NCBI GenBank assembly: GCA_020632445.1 | Contig: JACKFN010000001.1 | Coordinates: forward strand, 11,975 to 75,974 | Origin: Candidatus Nomurabacteria bacterium | Lineage (GTDB): Bacteria > Patescibacteriota > Patescibacteriia > Magasanikbacterales > UBA922 | DNA length: 64,000 nt | Direction of reading: 5' to 3' | Position numbers and translations under genes: made by a program | Notes under the pieces: generated by a model | What the model was told of the DNA's origin: nothing | Databases searched by the model: none | What the model saw: the letters and a program-made list of their open reading frames with translations, nothing else | Part shown: positions 1 to 10,867 of the stretch, piece after piece | Layout: each line of letters opens with the position of its first letter | How positions within the stretch are numbered: the first letter of the stretch is position 1

Positions 1-1532
1 ATGCCGAGCTTCCAGTTGGACAACATGACATCACGATTACCGGTAGTAGCGAAGGATATTCTGATGGCATCAAGAAAACCATAGAAGTCGTGCGTTCACG
101 TCTTGAATCAGAAAAGCTTAATACCTATCATAACATTGATGAGAATACCAAGCTGGAACGACCTGATACGGACGAAAAAGTGGAAGTCTCTTTTGTCAAT
201 GAAAGACTTTCTGCTGCCTACGAGCAACTCTACGATTTGTTATGGGTGTTCGGTCAAAGGGTGGATCAGCATATTGCTCGCACTTCTGCAAAGGCCATGC
301 TCAAAGAAGTGTTTGGTCAAGAGTCATGGTATTGGGGCCACACAGATATTGATTGGTCCGCATATCAAAATGCTGATGGGGGAATTCAACTGCTTCCATA
401 TGATAGCTCGAGGGTAGAACTCACTGCCCGTGTGGCAAATGCCCATGTAGAAGGGCTGAACCAGGCAATGATCATCTCGTACCTTGAGTCTGTCCTCAAT
501 GATAAGGGACAAACACGAGAGGAAGTGCTTTGGGCACTCTATGGACTTTCAGCACTGGATCAACCAGTACTACTGGATGTGAAAAATTTCGCACAGCTTC
601 CAAGTCATTCATTGCTTGAAAAGGAACTCATTGCACTTTCTGCGTACAATTTGGGCGACAAAGAATATGCTCGCAAGATGTACTTTGATATTATGGGTGA
701 GTATGGTCAACAAAGTGGGGAAATCGCCCGTGTGGTTGAAAGCGAAAATGAAGATGTTTCTACAGCCGTGATGCACACCGTATATGCTGGGCTCCTAGGC
801 GCGCTTGTAGAGGATGACACACACTATCAGCTTTGGGCCTATATGGATGGAATCAGTTCAACGGAAGATGTGTATTATCTTGAGCAACTAAGATATGTAA
901 AGCAACTCCTCGAGCATGCCGTGCCAACAGAAAGTTCTCTCGTAGTGAGCCTGGACGAGGATAGTGAAACCGTAGAAGTTGTCGCTGGTAGGGGAGTTTC
1001 AAGGATCTATGATCCTGATCAACTTCCACAATTGGCTTTTTCAGAGATAAGAGGAGAGATCACGGTGCATGTAAAATACGTAAACGATGATATCGACATT
1101 CCTACGAGTCCAAATCTCTCACTACGTCGTGAGTATAGAGTCGATGGTAAGGTCACCACAGAATTTCAAGAGGATGACATGGTTGAGGTTCGCCTGTACG
1201 CTGATATTGATGGTTGGCTCAGAAGTGGTGTGTATACCGTCACTGATTTGCTTCCAAGTGGGCTTATCCCTGCGCAAGGGAGATTGAGCACCTGGTATGA
1301 TTACAATGCGCGTTATGTCTATCCATACAAGACAGATAAACAGCAAGTAAAGTTTAGAACATATATCGACAGATATAGTGAATGGAAGCATTATGACTAT
1401 TACGTGTATTACGCAAGAGTATCCACTCCGGGCACGTACACCGCAGAGCCTGCGATCATCCAGTCTGCTGATAATCCAAAACACACTGCAATTAGTGAAA
1501 AACAAGTTATTCGTGTTTCTGCTAAGCCATAA
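1..1532 (+). CDS. Large alpha-2-macroglobulin-family protein, C-terminal portion. The 5' end is truncated by the window edge: the frame is open back to position 3 and the first in-window start codon is GTG at 90.
   Basis: 480-aa ORF with an open upstream frame. The C-terminal motifs VTDLLPSGL and YYARVSTPGTYTAEPA resemble the bacterial A2M MG10/receptor domain. Confidence 0.5.
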   Translation, partial: AELPVGQHDITITGSSEGYSDGIKKTIEVVRSRLESEKLNTYHNIDENTKLERPDTDEKVEVSFVNERLSAAYEQLYDLLWVFGQRVDQHIARTSAKAMLKEVFGQESWYWGHTDIDWSAYQNADGGIQLLPYDSSRVELTARVANAHVEGLNQAMIISYLESVLNDKGQTREEVLWALYGLSALDQPVLLDVKNFAQLPSHSLLEKELIALSAYNLGDKEYARKMYFDIMGEYGQQSGEIARVVESENEDVSTAVMHTVYAGLLGALVEDDTHYQLWAYMDGISSTEDVYYLEQLRYVKQLLEHAVPTESSLVVSLDEDSETVEVVAGRGVSRIYDPDQLPQLAFSEIRGEITVHVKYVNDDIDIPTSPNLSLRREYRVDGKVTTEFQEDDMVEVRLYADIDGWLRSGVYTVTDLLPSGLIPAQGRLSTWYDYNARYVYPYKTDKQQVKFRTYIDRYSEWKHYDYYVYYARVSTPGTYTAEPAIIQSADNPKHTAISEKQVIRVSAKP

Positions 1533-2479
1533 TGTTCAAAAAATTCCTTCACAAAAGCAAATTACCGGCCCTCATTTTGGGGGTCGGTTTGGCTTTGATA
1601 TATGGTGCCGGGTGTGCTGAAAGATCTTTTGATGTAGGTGAATCGTATTATGACGAATCTACTTTGATTGATCTTCCTCCGTCAGACTATGTTGCCGTTC
1701 CTCCTTTGTATGGAAAGGATTATTTTTTTGAAGCGATTGGTCAGGACTATGTGAGTACTTCACAACTTAAAGAGGTGAGTGGCATGATTGTGAATCATCA
1801 TGATATCGCCAGTGGCATGATAGCTCGCGGATATGCTGAGCTTCAGGCAAAGCGGCCAGACCTCAAAACCATTATTGTACTTGGCCCGAATCACACACAA
1901 ATGGGTGATAGCTATATCGCCTCCGGTCGTGTTTTTTTTGAGACGCCACAAAAGCAAAATGTGTATATTGATCATGCATTCATTGAGGAGCTCGAACAAA
2001 AAAAACTTATTGGTTTTGAATCAGAAATAATGCAGATAGAACATTCTACTGCAATACAGATGCCATTTATTGCATACTATTTTCCAAATGCAAGGGTCAT
2101 ACCACTTATTTTTCAAGCGGATTATTATTCCGTGCATTCGCAAAAGATCGTCAATGCTTTGTATAACTACGCCATAACTCATGAGGATGTTGCCATCATT
2201 GCTACGGTCGACTTTTCTCACTACCTTCCAACTGATTTGTCAAATCAAAAAGATCGAGAAACAATAGAATATATAAAAAACTGGGACACACAAACACTTT
2301 TGACTTTTAAAGATGATCATTTGGATGGGCGTAGTACGATTACTGCATTTATGAGTCTTATGCAAAGACTTGGAGCAACCGATATCGATGTTATTGACCA
2401 CAAAAATTCAGCTGATATACTAGGCAGACCACTTGAAGTTTCAACCGGGTACTACACTATTCTGTTTGGAAGAAAATAA
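1532..2479 (+). CDS. Memo-like protein (MEMO1 / AmmeMemoRadiSam system protein B family) with a lipoprotein signal peptide.
   Basis: Motifs VNHHDIASGMIARGY, IVLGPNH, IEHSTAIQMPF and ATVDFSHY parallel MEMO1 APHAGY, LGPSHH, EHSIEMHLPY and SSDFCHWG. N-terminal LILGVGLALIYGAGC is a lipobox. The start overlaps the stop of the upstream gene. Confidence 0.7.
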   Translation: MFKKFLHKSKLPALILGVGLALIYGAGCAERSFDVGESYYDESTLIDLPPSDYVAVPPLYGKDYFFEAIGQDYVSTSQLKEVSGMIVNHHDIASGMIARGYAELQAKRPDLKTIIVLGPNHTQMGDSYIASGRVFFETPQKQNVYIDHAFIEELEQKKLIGFESEIMQIEHSTAIQMPFIAYYFPNARVIPLIFQADYYSVHSQKIVNALYNYAITHEDVAIIATVDFSHYLPTDLSNQKDRETIEYIKNWDTQTLLTFKDDHLDGRSTITAFMSLMQRLGATDIDVIDHKNSADILGRPLEVSTGYYTILFGRK

Positions 2480-2529
2480 AACGCTACGAGCGTGTTTGTC
2501 AGTTAATATATCGTTTTCAGTTTATATTT

Positions 2530-3384
2530 ATGAGACTTTTCGATACACATTGTCATATACAATTTCAGGCTTATAAGGAAGATAGGGCGGAAGTACTGGA
2601 TCGCTCCTTGGAAAAGGGACTTATGATGAATATGGTTGGGACCCAAAAAGACACCAGCAAAATGGCCGTTCAGCTTGCCGAAAAATACGAAAATATCTAT
2701 GCAAGCATCGGAACTCATCCCATTCATCTCCATAGCACTCATGTGGATGAAGAAGAAACGAGCTTTCAAAGCAGGGAAGAGAATTTTGATTGGGAGTATT
2801 ATGCAGATCTCGTGCGGCATCCCAAGGTTGTCGCTATTGGAGAATGTGGGCTTGATCTTTTTCATGTTCCCAAAGATATGACACCAGACCAGGTACTGAT
2901 AAAGCAAAAAGAGGTGTTTATTGATCACATACGATTTGCTCTTGAATTTGATAAGCCTATGGTCATCCACTGTAGAGATGCGCATGATCAGCTCATTGAT
3001 TTACTTTGGGGTTTTAAAAAAGAAGAGGGTAAGCTCCCGCAAGGGACCATACATTGTTACACCAGTAACTGGGAGCATGCAAGACAGTATATTGATTTGG
3101 GTTTTTACTTGGGTTTTACCGGGGTAATTACTTTTCCGGCAAAAAAAACCGACCCAAAGCCACAAGAGGATTTACTTGAAGTCGTACGGAGGGCGCCACT
3201 GGAGAGGATTCTTATTGAAACCGATTCCCCGTATTTAACCCCGCAGGTAAATCGCGGAAAACGAAATGAACCATGGCTTGTAGAAGAAGTGGTCAAAAAA
3301 ATCGCAGAGCTGCGAGAAATGACAGCAGAAGAGGCAGCTCTGACAACAACGCAAAACGCAAAGCGTCTTTTTGGCATTGCATAG
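2530..3384 (+). CDS. tatD: TatD-family metal-dependent deoxyribonuclease/hydrolase.
   Basis: N-terminal LFDTHCHI signature. 284 aa with a TIM-barrel hydrolase motif layout. Confidence 0.8.
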   Translation: MRLFDTHCHIQFQAYKEDRAEVLDRSLEKGLMMNMVGTQKDTSKMAVQLAEKYENIYASIGTHPIHLHSTHVDEEETSFQSREENFDWEYYADLVRHPKVVAIGECGLDLFHVPKDMTPDQVLIKQKEVFIDHIRFALEFDKPMVIHCRDAHDQLIDLLWGFKKEEGKLPQGTIHCYTSNWEHARQYIDLGFYLGFTGVITFPAKKTDPKPQEDLLEVVRRAPLERILIETDSPYLTPQVNRGKRNEPWLVEEVVKKIAELREMTAEEAALTTTQNAKRLFGIA

Positions 3385-3568
3385 GATTGGAAAAAATGGG
3401 CATATACGTGTCCTGACGATGGATCTCATCTTCGAGATTACTCTGCATGGTTGCGGATTTCCCCTCCAAATAGCTGCGCTGCTCCTAAATAGAAGGGCAT
3501 ATCAGGCGTGAGATGCCTTTTTATTCTAGTGGGAAGTATTTATACACACACCCCATTTTTCAAAATAC

Positions 3569-3597
3569 TTGACCAACCCATAATAAATCTGTATACT
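3569..3597 (+). promoter_or_regulatory. Sigma70-like promoter for the ATP synthase operon.
   Basis: TTGACC, a 17-nt spacer, then TATACT, about 15 nt upstream of atpZ. Confidence 0.5.
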
Positions 3598-3611
3598 ATG
3601 GGCGTTTTCAA

Positions 3612-3917
3612 ATGTGCTTTATGACTCTTTCGATTCAGCAGAGAAAGGATCAGTTGATCCACAAGACGTTTACCATGATGTTTAAGGTGTTAATCATCTT
3701 TGGTATACCTGCCGGAATGGGGTATTTTCTTGGACGATATCTCGATAATCAGTACCAAATCAGACCCTTTGGAACAATTGGCGTACTCGCCGTGACATTC
3801 ATCTTTTCGTGGTTTTTGGTCATTCGTATGTACCTAAAAATCAATAGAGAATTCCAGAAGCTACGAGAAGAGGAGGAAGAACTTATTCAACAAAGACAAG
3901 AAGATCAGAAAATATGA
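3612..3917 (+). CDS. AtpZ/AtpI-family small membrane protein (ATP synthase protein I-like).
   Basis: Small hydrophobic protein immediately upstream of, and overlapping, atpB. It has two transmembrane segments and a charged tail. Confidence 0.55.
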   Translation: MCFMTLSIQQRKDQLIHKTFTMMFKVLIIFGIPAGMGYFLGRYLDNQYQIRPFGTIGVLAVTFIFSWFLVIRMYLKINREFQKLREEEEELIQQRQEDQKI

Positions 3918-4708
3918 TATTCCAAGTACCAGCTGCACAGCCAACAGTACAACCAGAGGTCGTACTCAGTTTGGGCAGCCTGGGAGTGACTAATGCCATG
4001 CTCACAGGGATAGTCGTATCCGTCCTATTTATCATATTTGCCATTTGGGCCAGAACATCAGCAAAGCTTTTAGCTGGAAAATTCCAGACAGCTGTAGAAA
4101 TGATGTTTGAGACTTTTGTTGATTTGCTCGAATCGATCACAGGAAATAAAACCGCAGCGCAAAAATTGCTACCACTTATTGGTACGCTTTTTTTGTTCAT
4201 GGGACTTTCAAACCTTATTGCGCTTATCCCTGGTCTCACGTCAATCACCTATGATGGAATCTCAGTATTTCGTACGCCAACCAATGACTTTAACATGACC
4301 TTTTCGATTGCACTTGCCATGGTGATTCTTACACAGATCGCAAGTCTCAAGGAGTTTGGTCTTTTTGGTCATCTTGGAAAGTATTTTAAGTTTAAAGACG
4401 TTATCGCTGGATTCAAACAGGGAATAGGAGCAGGGTTTCTTGCCATTATTGATTTTCTTATCGGACTTCTCGATATTGTATCTGAAATTGCCAAGGTAGT
4501 ATCTCTTTCACTTCGTTTGTTTGGAAATATGTATGCCGGAGACGTTCTTGCTGCGATTCTTTTGGGAGCTTTTGCGCTCTTTATCCCTGCGCCATGGCTT
4601 GCAATGAATTTGCTAGTTGGTGTGCTGCAAGCGCTGGTGTTTGGGGCGCTTACCGCTGCATATTATGCCCTTGCCGTAGAAAGAGCAGAGGAACAGCAAA
4701 TCGTCTAG
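3914..4708 (+). CDS. atpB: F0F1 ATP synthase subunit a.
   Basis: LSLRLFGNMYAGD motif. Multi-pass membrane protein in an operon. Confidence 0.9.
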   Translation: MIFQVPAAQPTVQPEVVLSLGSLGVTNAMLTGIVVSVLFIIFAIWARTSAKLLAGKFQTAVEMMFETFVDLLESITGNKTAAQKLLPLIGTLFLFMGLSNLIALIPGLTSITYDGISVFRTPTNDFNMTFSIALAMVILTQIASLKEFGLFGHLGKYFKFKDVIAGFKQGIGAGFLAIIDFLIGLLDIVSEIAKVVSLSLRLFGNMYAGDVLAAILLGAFALFIPAPWLAMNLLVGVLQALVFGALTAAYYALAVERAEEQQIV

Positions 4709-4774
4709 TGTTGTGGGCGGACCTGTGTAATCGCACTGATTACAAAGTTTCATTCACAAAGTAATTTAAGCAAT

Positions 4775-4990
4775 ATGGACATCGAAGCAGCAAAGCTTAT
4801 TGCCAAAGGTCTTTGTACCCTTTCCATGTTCGGTTCAGGAATTGGTGAAGGATACCTTATTGGTAAAGCACTAGAAGCTATTGGAAGAAATCCAAAAGTT
4901 GAAGGAAGCATTTTTACCAAGATGATTATCGGTGTTGCGCTTGCGGAATCTACAGCGATTTACGCATTCGTTGCATTCTTCATCGTATAA
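4775..4990 (+). CDS. atpE: F0F1 ATP synthase subunit c.
   Basis: 71-aa hairpin proteolipid with GIGEG and an LAES carboxylate motif. Confidence 0.9.
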   Translation: MDIEAAKLIAKGLCTLSMFGSGIGEGYLIGKALEAIGRNPKVEGSIFTKMIIGVALAESTAIYAFVAFFIV

Positions 4991-5057
4991 TGCGGGTACG
5001 CTCTTTGCGTATTCCTCTGACCCCAGGCTTGGGGTGAGATAGAATAAGTAAAGTTAT

Positions 5058-5567
5058 ATGGACTACATTTTAGAAACACTTGGAAAAGTAGGTTTTGACT
5101 GGAAAATGGGACTCTTCAATCTCGTTAATTTTCTTGTCATTTTTTGGATTTTGAAGCGTTATGCCTTTGGGCCGGTGATGTCGGTGATTGAAAAGCGACA
5201 GGAAAAAATCCAAGAAGGTATCGACAACTACACAAAATCTAAAACTGAGCTTCAAATGGCCGAAAAGAAGGCACAAGATATTGTTGATCAGGCAAAGGTA
5301 GACGCAAACAAGATCGTAGAACAGGGACATGTTGATGCGCAGGGTGTTGCAGAGACCATGAAGGTAAAGGCAAAAAAAGAAATCGAGCTTTTAGTGGCTC
5401 AAGCCAAGAAAAATATCGAGATTGATAAGCGCGAGATGCAAGATGGACTTCGAAAAGATACTGTAGAGCTTGTGATCATTGCTGTGGAAAAGATTCTTGG
5501 GGAAAAAATGGACGATAAAAGAGATGAAAAATATATTCAAGATATTTTGGCAACACTAAAATCATAA
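5058..5567 (+). CDS. atpF: F0F1 ATP synthase subunit b.
   Basis: N-terminal transmembrane segment followed by a long charged helix. Position in the operon. Confidence 0.8.
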   Translation: MDYILETLGKVGFDWKMGLFNLVNFLVIFWILKRYAFGPVMSVIEKRQEKIQEGIDNYTKSKTELQMAEKKAQDIVDQAKVDANKIVEQGHVDAQGVAETMKVKAKKEIELLVAQAKKNIEIDKREMQDGLRKDTVELVIIAVEKILGEKMDDKRDEKYIQDILATLKS

Positions 5568-5569
5568 TT

Positions 5570-5956
5570 ATGGCACAGCTCATACCACGACAATTTGCCA
5601 AAATATTGTATCAGCTCACTCAAGGCAAGACGGGAAAGGAGCTTGATCAGGCACTTGATACGTTTCAACAGTACCTACAAGAGCAAAGAGCTACTAAAAA
5701 ATTGCCATATATACTCGAAGAGTTTAAAAGGTATTCAAAGCAGCAAGACGGAATCATCGAGATGGAAGTGAGCGCTGCCCGGTCATTGTCAGATAAAACA
5801 CTCAAGGAAATCGAAAAGGCGTTTGACGGCAAAGTAGAGATGACCACAAGAATTGATGAAGGTTTAGTTGGGGGGATTATCATAAAAACGCAAAACAGGA
5901 TACTTGATGGGTCGATAACAACCCAACTGCAAACCCTAAAACGAGAATTATTGTAA
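5570..5956 (+). CDS. atpH: F0F1 ATP synthase subunit delta (OSCP), shortened.
   Basis: Operon position between atpF and atpA. OSCP-like C-terminal motif [15 protein letters not shown]. Confidence 0.75.
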   Translation: MAQLIPRQFAKILYQLTQGKTGKELDQALDTFQQYLQEQRATKKLPYILEEFKRYSKQQDGIIEMEVSAARSLSDKTLKEIEKAFDGKVEMTTRIDEGLVGGIIIKTQNRILDGSITTQLQTLKRELL

Positions 5957-5960
5957 ACAT

Positions 5961-7451
5961 ATGTCACATACTGATCAAATAGTAGAAAAACTCAAGAAAA
6001 CCATAGAGGCCTCAAAGCAAGAAGTTCATGTTGAGGAAGTTGGAAGTGTTATTTCAGTGGGTGATGGTATTGCTCGCATGACTGGCCTTGAGAAGTGTCA
6101 AGCGCAGGAGATGCTTGAGTTTCCTGGCGGTATTACCGGTCTTGCGCTCAACCTCGAAGAAGAAACCGTCGGAGCCATTATTTTAGGGGATTATAAAGCC
6201 ATCAAAGAAGGAGACACGGTAAAACGTACCGGAAAGATCATGTCTGTTCCTGTTGGAGAAGAGATGATTGGACGTGTTGTCAACGCTCTTGGACAATCAA
6301 TCGATGGAAAGGGTGAAATTAAAACCAAAAATGAATATCCTCTTGAGCGCGTTGCTCCGGGGGTAATGACTCGTGAACCGGTAAACCGTCCAATGCAAAC
6401 GGGAATCAAGGCTATCGATGCACTCATTCCAGTAGGACGTGGACAACGTGAACTTATTATTGGTGATCGTCAGACTGGAAAGACGGCCATTGCTATTGAT
6501 ACCATCCTTAACCAAAAAGGTCAGGACATGATTTGTATTTATGTTGCTGTTGGACAAAAAGAATCAAAAGTAGCAAGAATTGCCGCAAAGCTTCAGGAAG
6601 AAGGAGCTATGGAATATACCATTGTGGTGTCAGCAGGGGCATCAGAGCCAGCTCCAATGAGTTATCTTGCTCCATATACCGGTGTTGCGATGGCAGAGTA
6701 CTTTGCTGACAAAGGAAAAGATGTTCTTATCATCTATGATGATTTGACCAAGCAGGCTTGGGCTTATCGTGAGATGTCACTTTTGCTACGTCGTCCACCA
6801 GGACGTGAGGCATATCCTGGAGATGTGTTTTATCTCCACTCACGTCTCTTGGAGCGTGCTTGTAACCTCAACAAAGAAAATGGTGGAGGATCTATTACCG
6901 CGCTTCCAATTATTGAAACACAGGGTGGTGACATTTCAGCATACGTTCCAACCAACGTTATTTCGATTACCGATGGACAAATCTTTTTGGAGAGCAGTCT
7001 TTTTTACAAAGGTATCAGACCAGCTCTCAACGTCGGACTTTCTGTATCTCGTGTAGGTGGAGCTGCTCAGACCAAGCCAATGAAAAAAGTTGCTGGAAGT
7101 ATGAAACTTGCTTTAGCACAGTTTCGTGAACTTGAGGCTTTTGCGCAGTTTAGTTCTGATTTGGATGAAGCTACCAAAAAGCAAATTGATCGCGGAAGAC
7201 TTCTTACTGAACTTCTCAAACAACCACAGTTTAGTCCTATGGTGATGGAAGAAGAAGTGGTATCAATTTTTGCAGCAGAAAGCGGATATTTCGATGGGAT
7301 GGATGTAAGTATGGTAAAAGACGCAGAAGCCAAGCTTTTGGATTTTATGAGAAAGAGTAAGGCGTCACTACTGAAGAGTATTTCAGAAGGGAACTGGGAT
7401 GACGATTTGAAGAAAGAACTTAGCGAGGCACTTGATCAAGCAGGGAAATAA
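5961..7451 (+). CDS. atpA: F0F1 ATP synthase subunit alpha.
   Basis: Walker A motif GDRQTGKT and high overall similarity to AtpA. Confidence 0.95.
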   Translation: MSHTDQIVEKLKKTIEASKQEVHVEEVGSVISVGDGIARMTGLEKCQAQEMLEFPGGITGLALNLEEETVGAIILGDYKAIKEGDTVKRTGKIMSVPVGEEMIGRVVNALGQSIDGKGEIKTKNEYPLERVAPGVMTREPVNRPMQTGIKAIDALIPVGRGQRELIIGDRQTGKTAIAIDTILNQKGQDMICIYVAVGQKESKVARIAAKLQEEGAMEYTIVVSAGASEPAPMSYLAPYTGVAMAEYFADKGKDVLIIYDDLTKQAWAYREMSLLLRRPPGREAYPGDVFYLHSRLLERACNLNKENGGGSITALPIIETQGGDISAYVPTNVISITDGQIFLESSLFYKGIRPALNVGLSVSRVGGAAQTKPMKKVAGSMKLALAQFRELEAFAQFSSDLDEATKKQIDRGRLLTELLKQPQFSPMVMEEEVVSIFAAESGYFDGMDVSMVKDAEAKLLDFMRKSKASLLKSISEGNWDDDLKKELSEALDQAGK

Positions 7452-7453
7452 AT

Positions 7454-8414
7454 ATGGCAGTTTCAGCAAAAGCAATCAAAACGCGCATCAAGTCCGTTAA
7501 AAACACCAAGAAAATTACCAAGGCAATGGAAATGGTGTCAGCAGCAAAGATGCGACGATCTGTCGATGCGGCACTTGCGACTCGTATGTACGCGAATTTG
7601 TGTTTGGAGCTTTTGCACCATCTTTCACATATCGACGAGCCAAATGTTGCGTTTTTGCAAAAACGTCCCGTCCAAAATATCCTCCTTATTCCTATCACTT
7701 CCAACAGGGGCCTGTGTGGAAGCTTCAATTCAAATGTTATCAAGCAGGCTGGAAGGTTTCTTGCAGACAAGCAAAATATTGCAGCTTTTCGTGACAAAGA
7801 TGGAGAGGAAATCCTTCCAGAGGGAGATGTAAAGGTGGATATACTTGGAGTAGGAAAGAAAAGCGCGCTGATTGCAAAGAGAAATAATCTTGATTTAGTG
7901 GCGGTGTTTGATAAGCTTTCAGAGAAGCCATCGTATGATGATATTTTGCCAATCACTCAGATGATTACCGAAGGATTTATTGAAAAAAAGTACGATAAGA
8001 TTGCCCTTATCTATACGCATTTCGAGTCAACACTCAAACAAACTGTGAAGGTGCGACAACTCTTGCCGGTGTCTGAGTCTGAAATTCGAAAGATGATAGA
8101 TCAACTCCCACATGCCGTGCAAGAAGTAGAAAAAAAGGAAGAAGATTTCTTTCCCATCGAGAATTATTTGTTTGAACCTACTATGGAAGAAATTCTTGAA
8201 ATGGTTCTTCCAAGACTTATTGAGGTACAACTTTTTGAGGCCGTACTTGAGTCAGCAGCAAGTGAGCATAGCGCCCGAATGATGGCAATGAAAAATGCCA
8301 GTGAAGCTGCTGGAGAAATGATTGATTCATTAACATTAACATTCAATAAGGCTCGCCAAGCCGCGATTACACAGGAGATTTCCGAAATCGCAGGTGGTGC
8401 CGCTGCATTAGAAT

Positions 8415-8416
<2 letters not shown>
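7454..8416 (+). CDS. atpG: F0F1 ATP synthase subunit gamma.
   Basis: N-terminal IKTRIKSVKNTKKITKAMEMVSAAKMRR, typical of AtpG. Confidence 0.9.
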
Positions 8417-9909
<1,493 letters not shown>

Positions 9910-9911
9910 GT

Positions 9912-10334
9912 ATGCCGATTGATTTCAAGGTCGTAACCCCTTATGGTGTAGGCTATGAGGACGAAGTTGAAAAGGTGACCATTCCAACAACCACAGGAGC
10001 CATTACCGTGCACGAAACTCACGCACCGCTTATTTCGATACTTGAACCCGGTGAAATGAATATACACAAATTGGATGGAAGTGTTGTAAATTTGGCGGTT
10101 ACCGGGGGGTTTTTGGAAGTGCGATCACAGTCACGTGTATACATTATGGCCGATACAGCTGAAAGGGCTGAGGAGATTGATATCGAGCAGGCTCAAAGAG
10201 CAATTGAGCGTGCCCAGGAACTACTCAAGCAGCAAGATCAGCTTGCAGATATTGATTTTGCTAAGCTTCAGGCTCAGATTGAACGAGAGATGGCCCGTAT
10301 TTCCGTTGGAAAAAAGTATAGAAATGCTAAATAA
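9912..10334 (+). CDS. atpC: F0F1 ATP synthase subunit epsilon.
   Basis: 140 aa, last gene of the operon, beta-sandwich plus helical C-terminus. Confidence 0.85.
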   Translation: MPIDFKVVTPYGVGYEDEVEKVTIPTTTGAITVHETHAPLISILEPGEMNIHKLDGSVVNLAVTGGFLEVRSQSRVYIMADTAERAEEIDIEQAQRAIERAQELLKQQDQLADIDFAKLQAQIEREMARISVGKKYRNAK

Positions 10335-10373
10335 AAGCGTTTGTCAGAGTGGAATTGATTTGTTACACTAAAT

Positions 10374-10397
10374 GCACCCGAAAGGGTGCTTTTTTAT
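10374..10397 (+). terminator. Rho-independent terminator of the atp operon.
   Basis: GCACCCGAAAGGGTGC followed by TTTTTTA. Confidence 0.8.
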
Positions 10398-10411
10398 CAA
10401 AGTTTTGGTTT

Positions 10412-10867
10412 ATGAATGAGCAGACATTATTTAAAGTTGGAGTTTTTGCTATTATTCTTGATGACCAGGAGAGAGTTTTGTGGTGTCTGCGCAATGACAT
10501 GGAATTGTGGAATCTTCCTGGAGGTGCGCTTGAGGGCGGTGAAACTCCACAGGAAGGGGTTATACGAGAGGTACATGAAGAAACCGGTCTTGAAGTAGAG
10601 GTGGTGCAGCTTACTGGAGTGTATACGAATACTCAGCACGACAATATTTCTTTTACTTTCTTGTGCAAAGTCATCGGTGGAGAAATAACAAAGACAGCCG
10701 AAACGCGAGATTGGAAGTACTACAGAAATCGAGAGACACCAGCCAATACCTCTCCCGCTCAGGTTGCGCGTGTAAATGATTATTTTCAAGAGAGGAATCA
10801 TGTCCACGTAGAAAAGCACAGGCATATGTCATCCCGTGAACTTCTGAAAAATCTTGGTTTGTTATGA
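10412..10867 (+). CDS. NUDIX hydrolase.
   Basis: Nudix box GGALEGGETPQEGVIREVHEETGL. The start was moved downstream of the terminator, to MNEQ. Confidence 0.8.
   Translation: MNEQTLFKVGVFAIILDDQERVLWCLRNDMELWNLPGGALEGGETPQEGVIREVHEETGLEVEVVQLTGVYTNTQHDNISFTFLCKVIGGEITKTAETRDWKYYRNRETPANTSPAQVARVNDYFQERNHVHVEKHRHMSSRELLKNLGLL

Noticed and set aside
10349-10411. Extended start of the NUDIX gene at GTG 10349
   Set aside because: That stretch contains the atp operon terminator hairpin, so the start was moved to the ATG at 10412.
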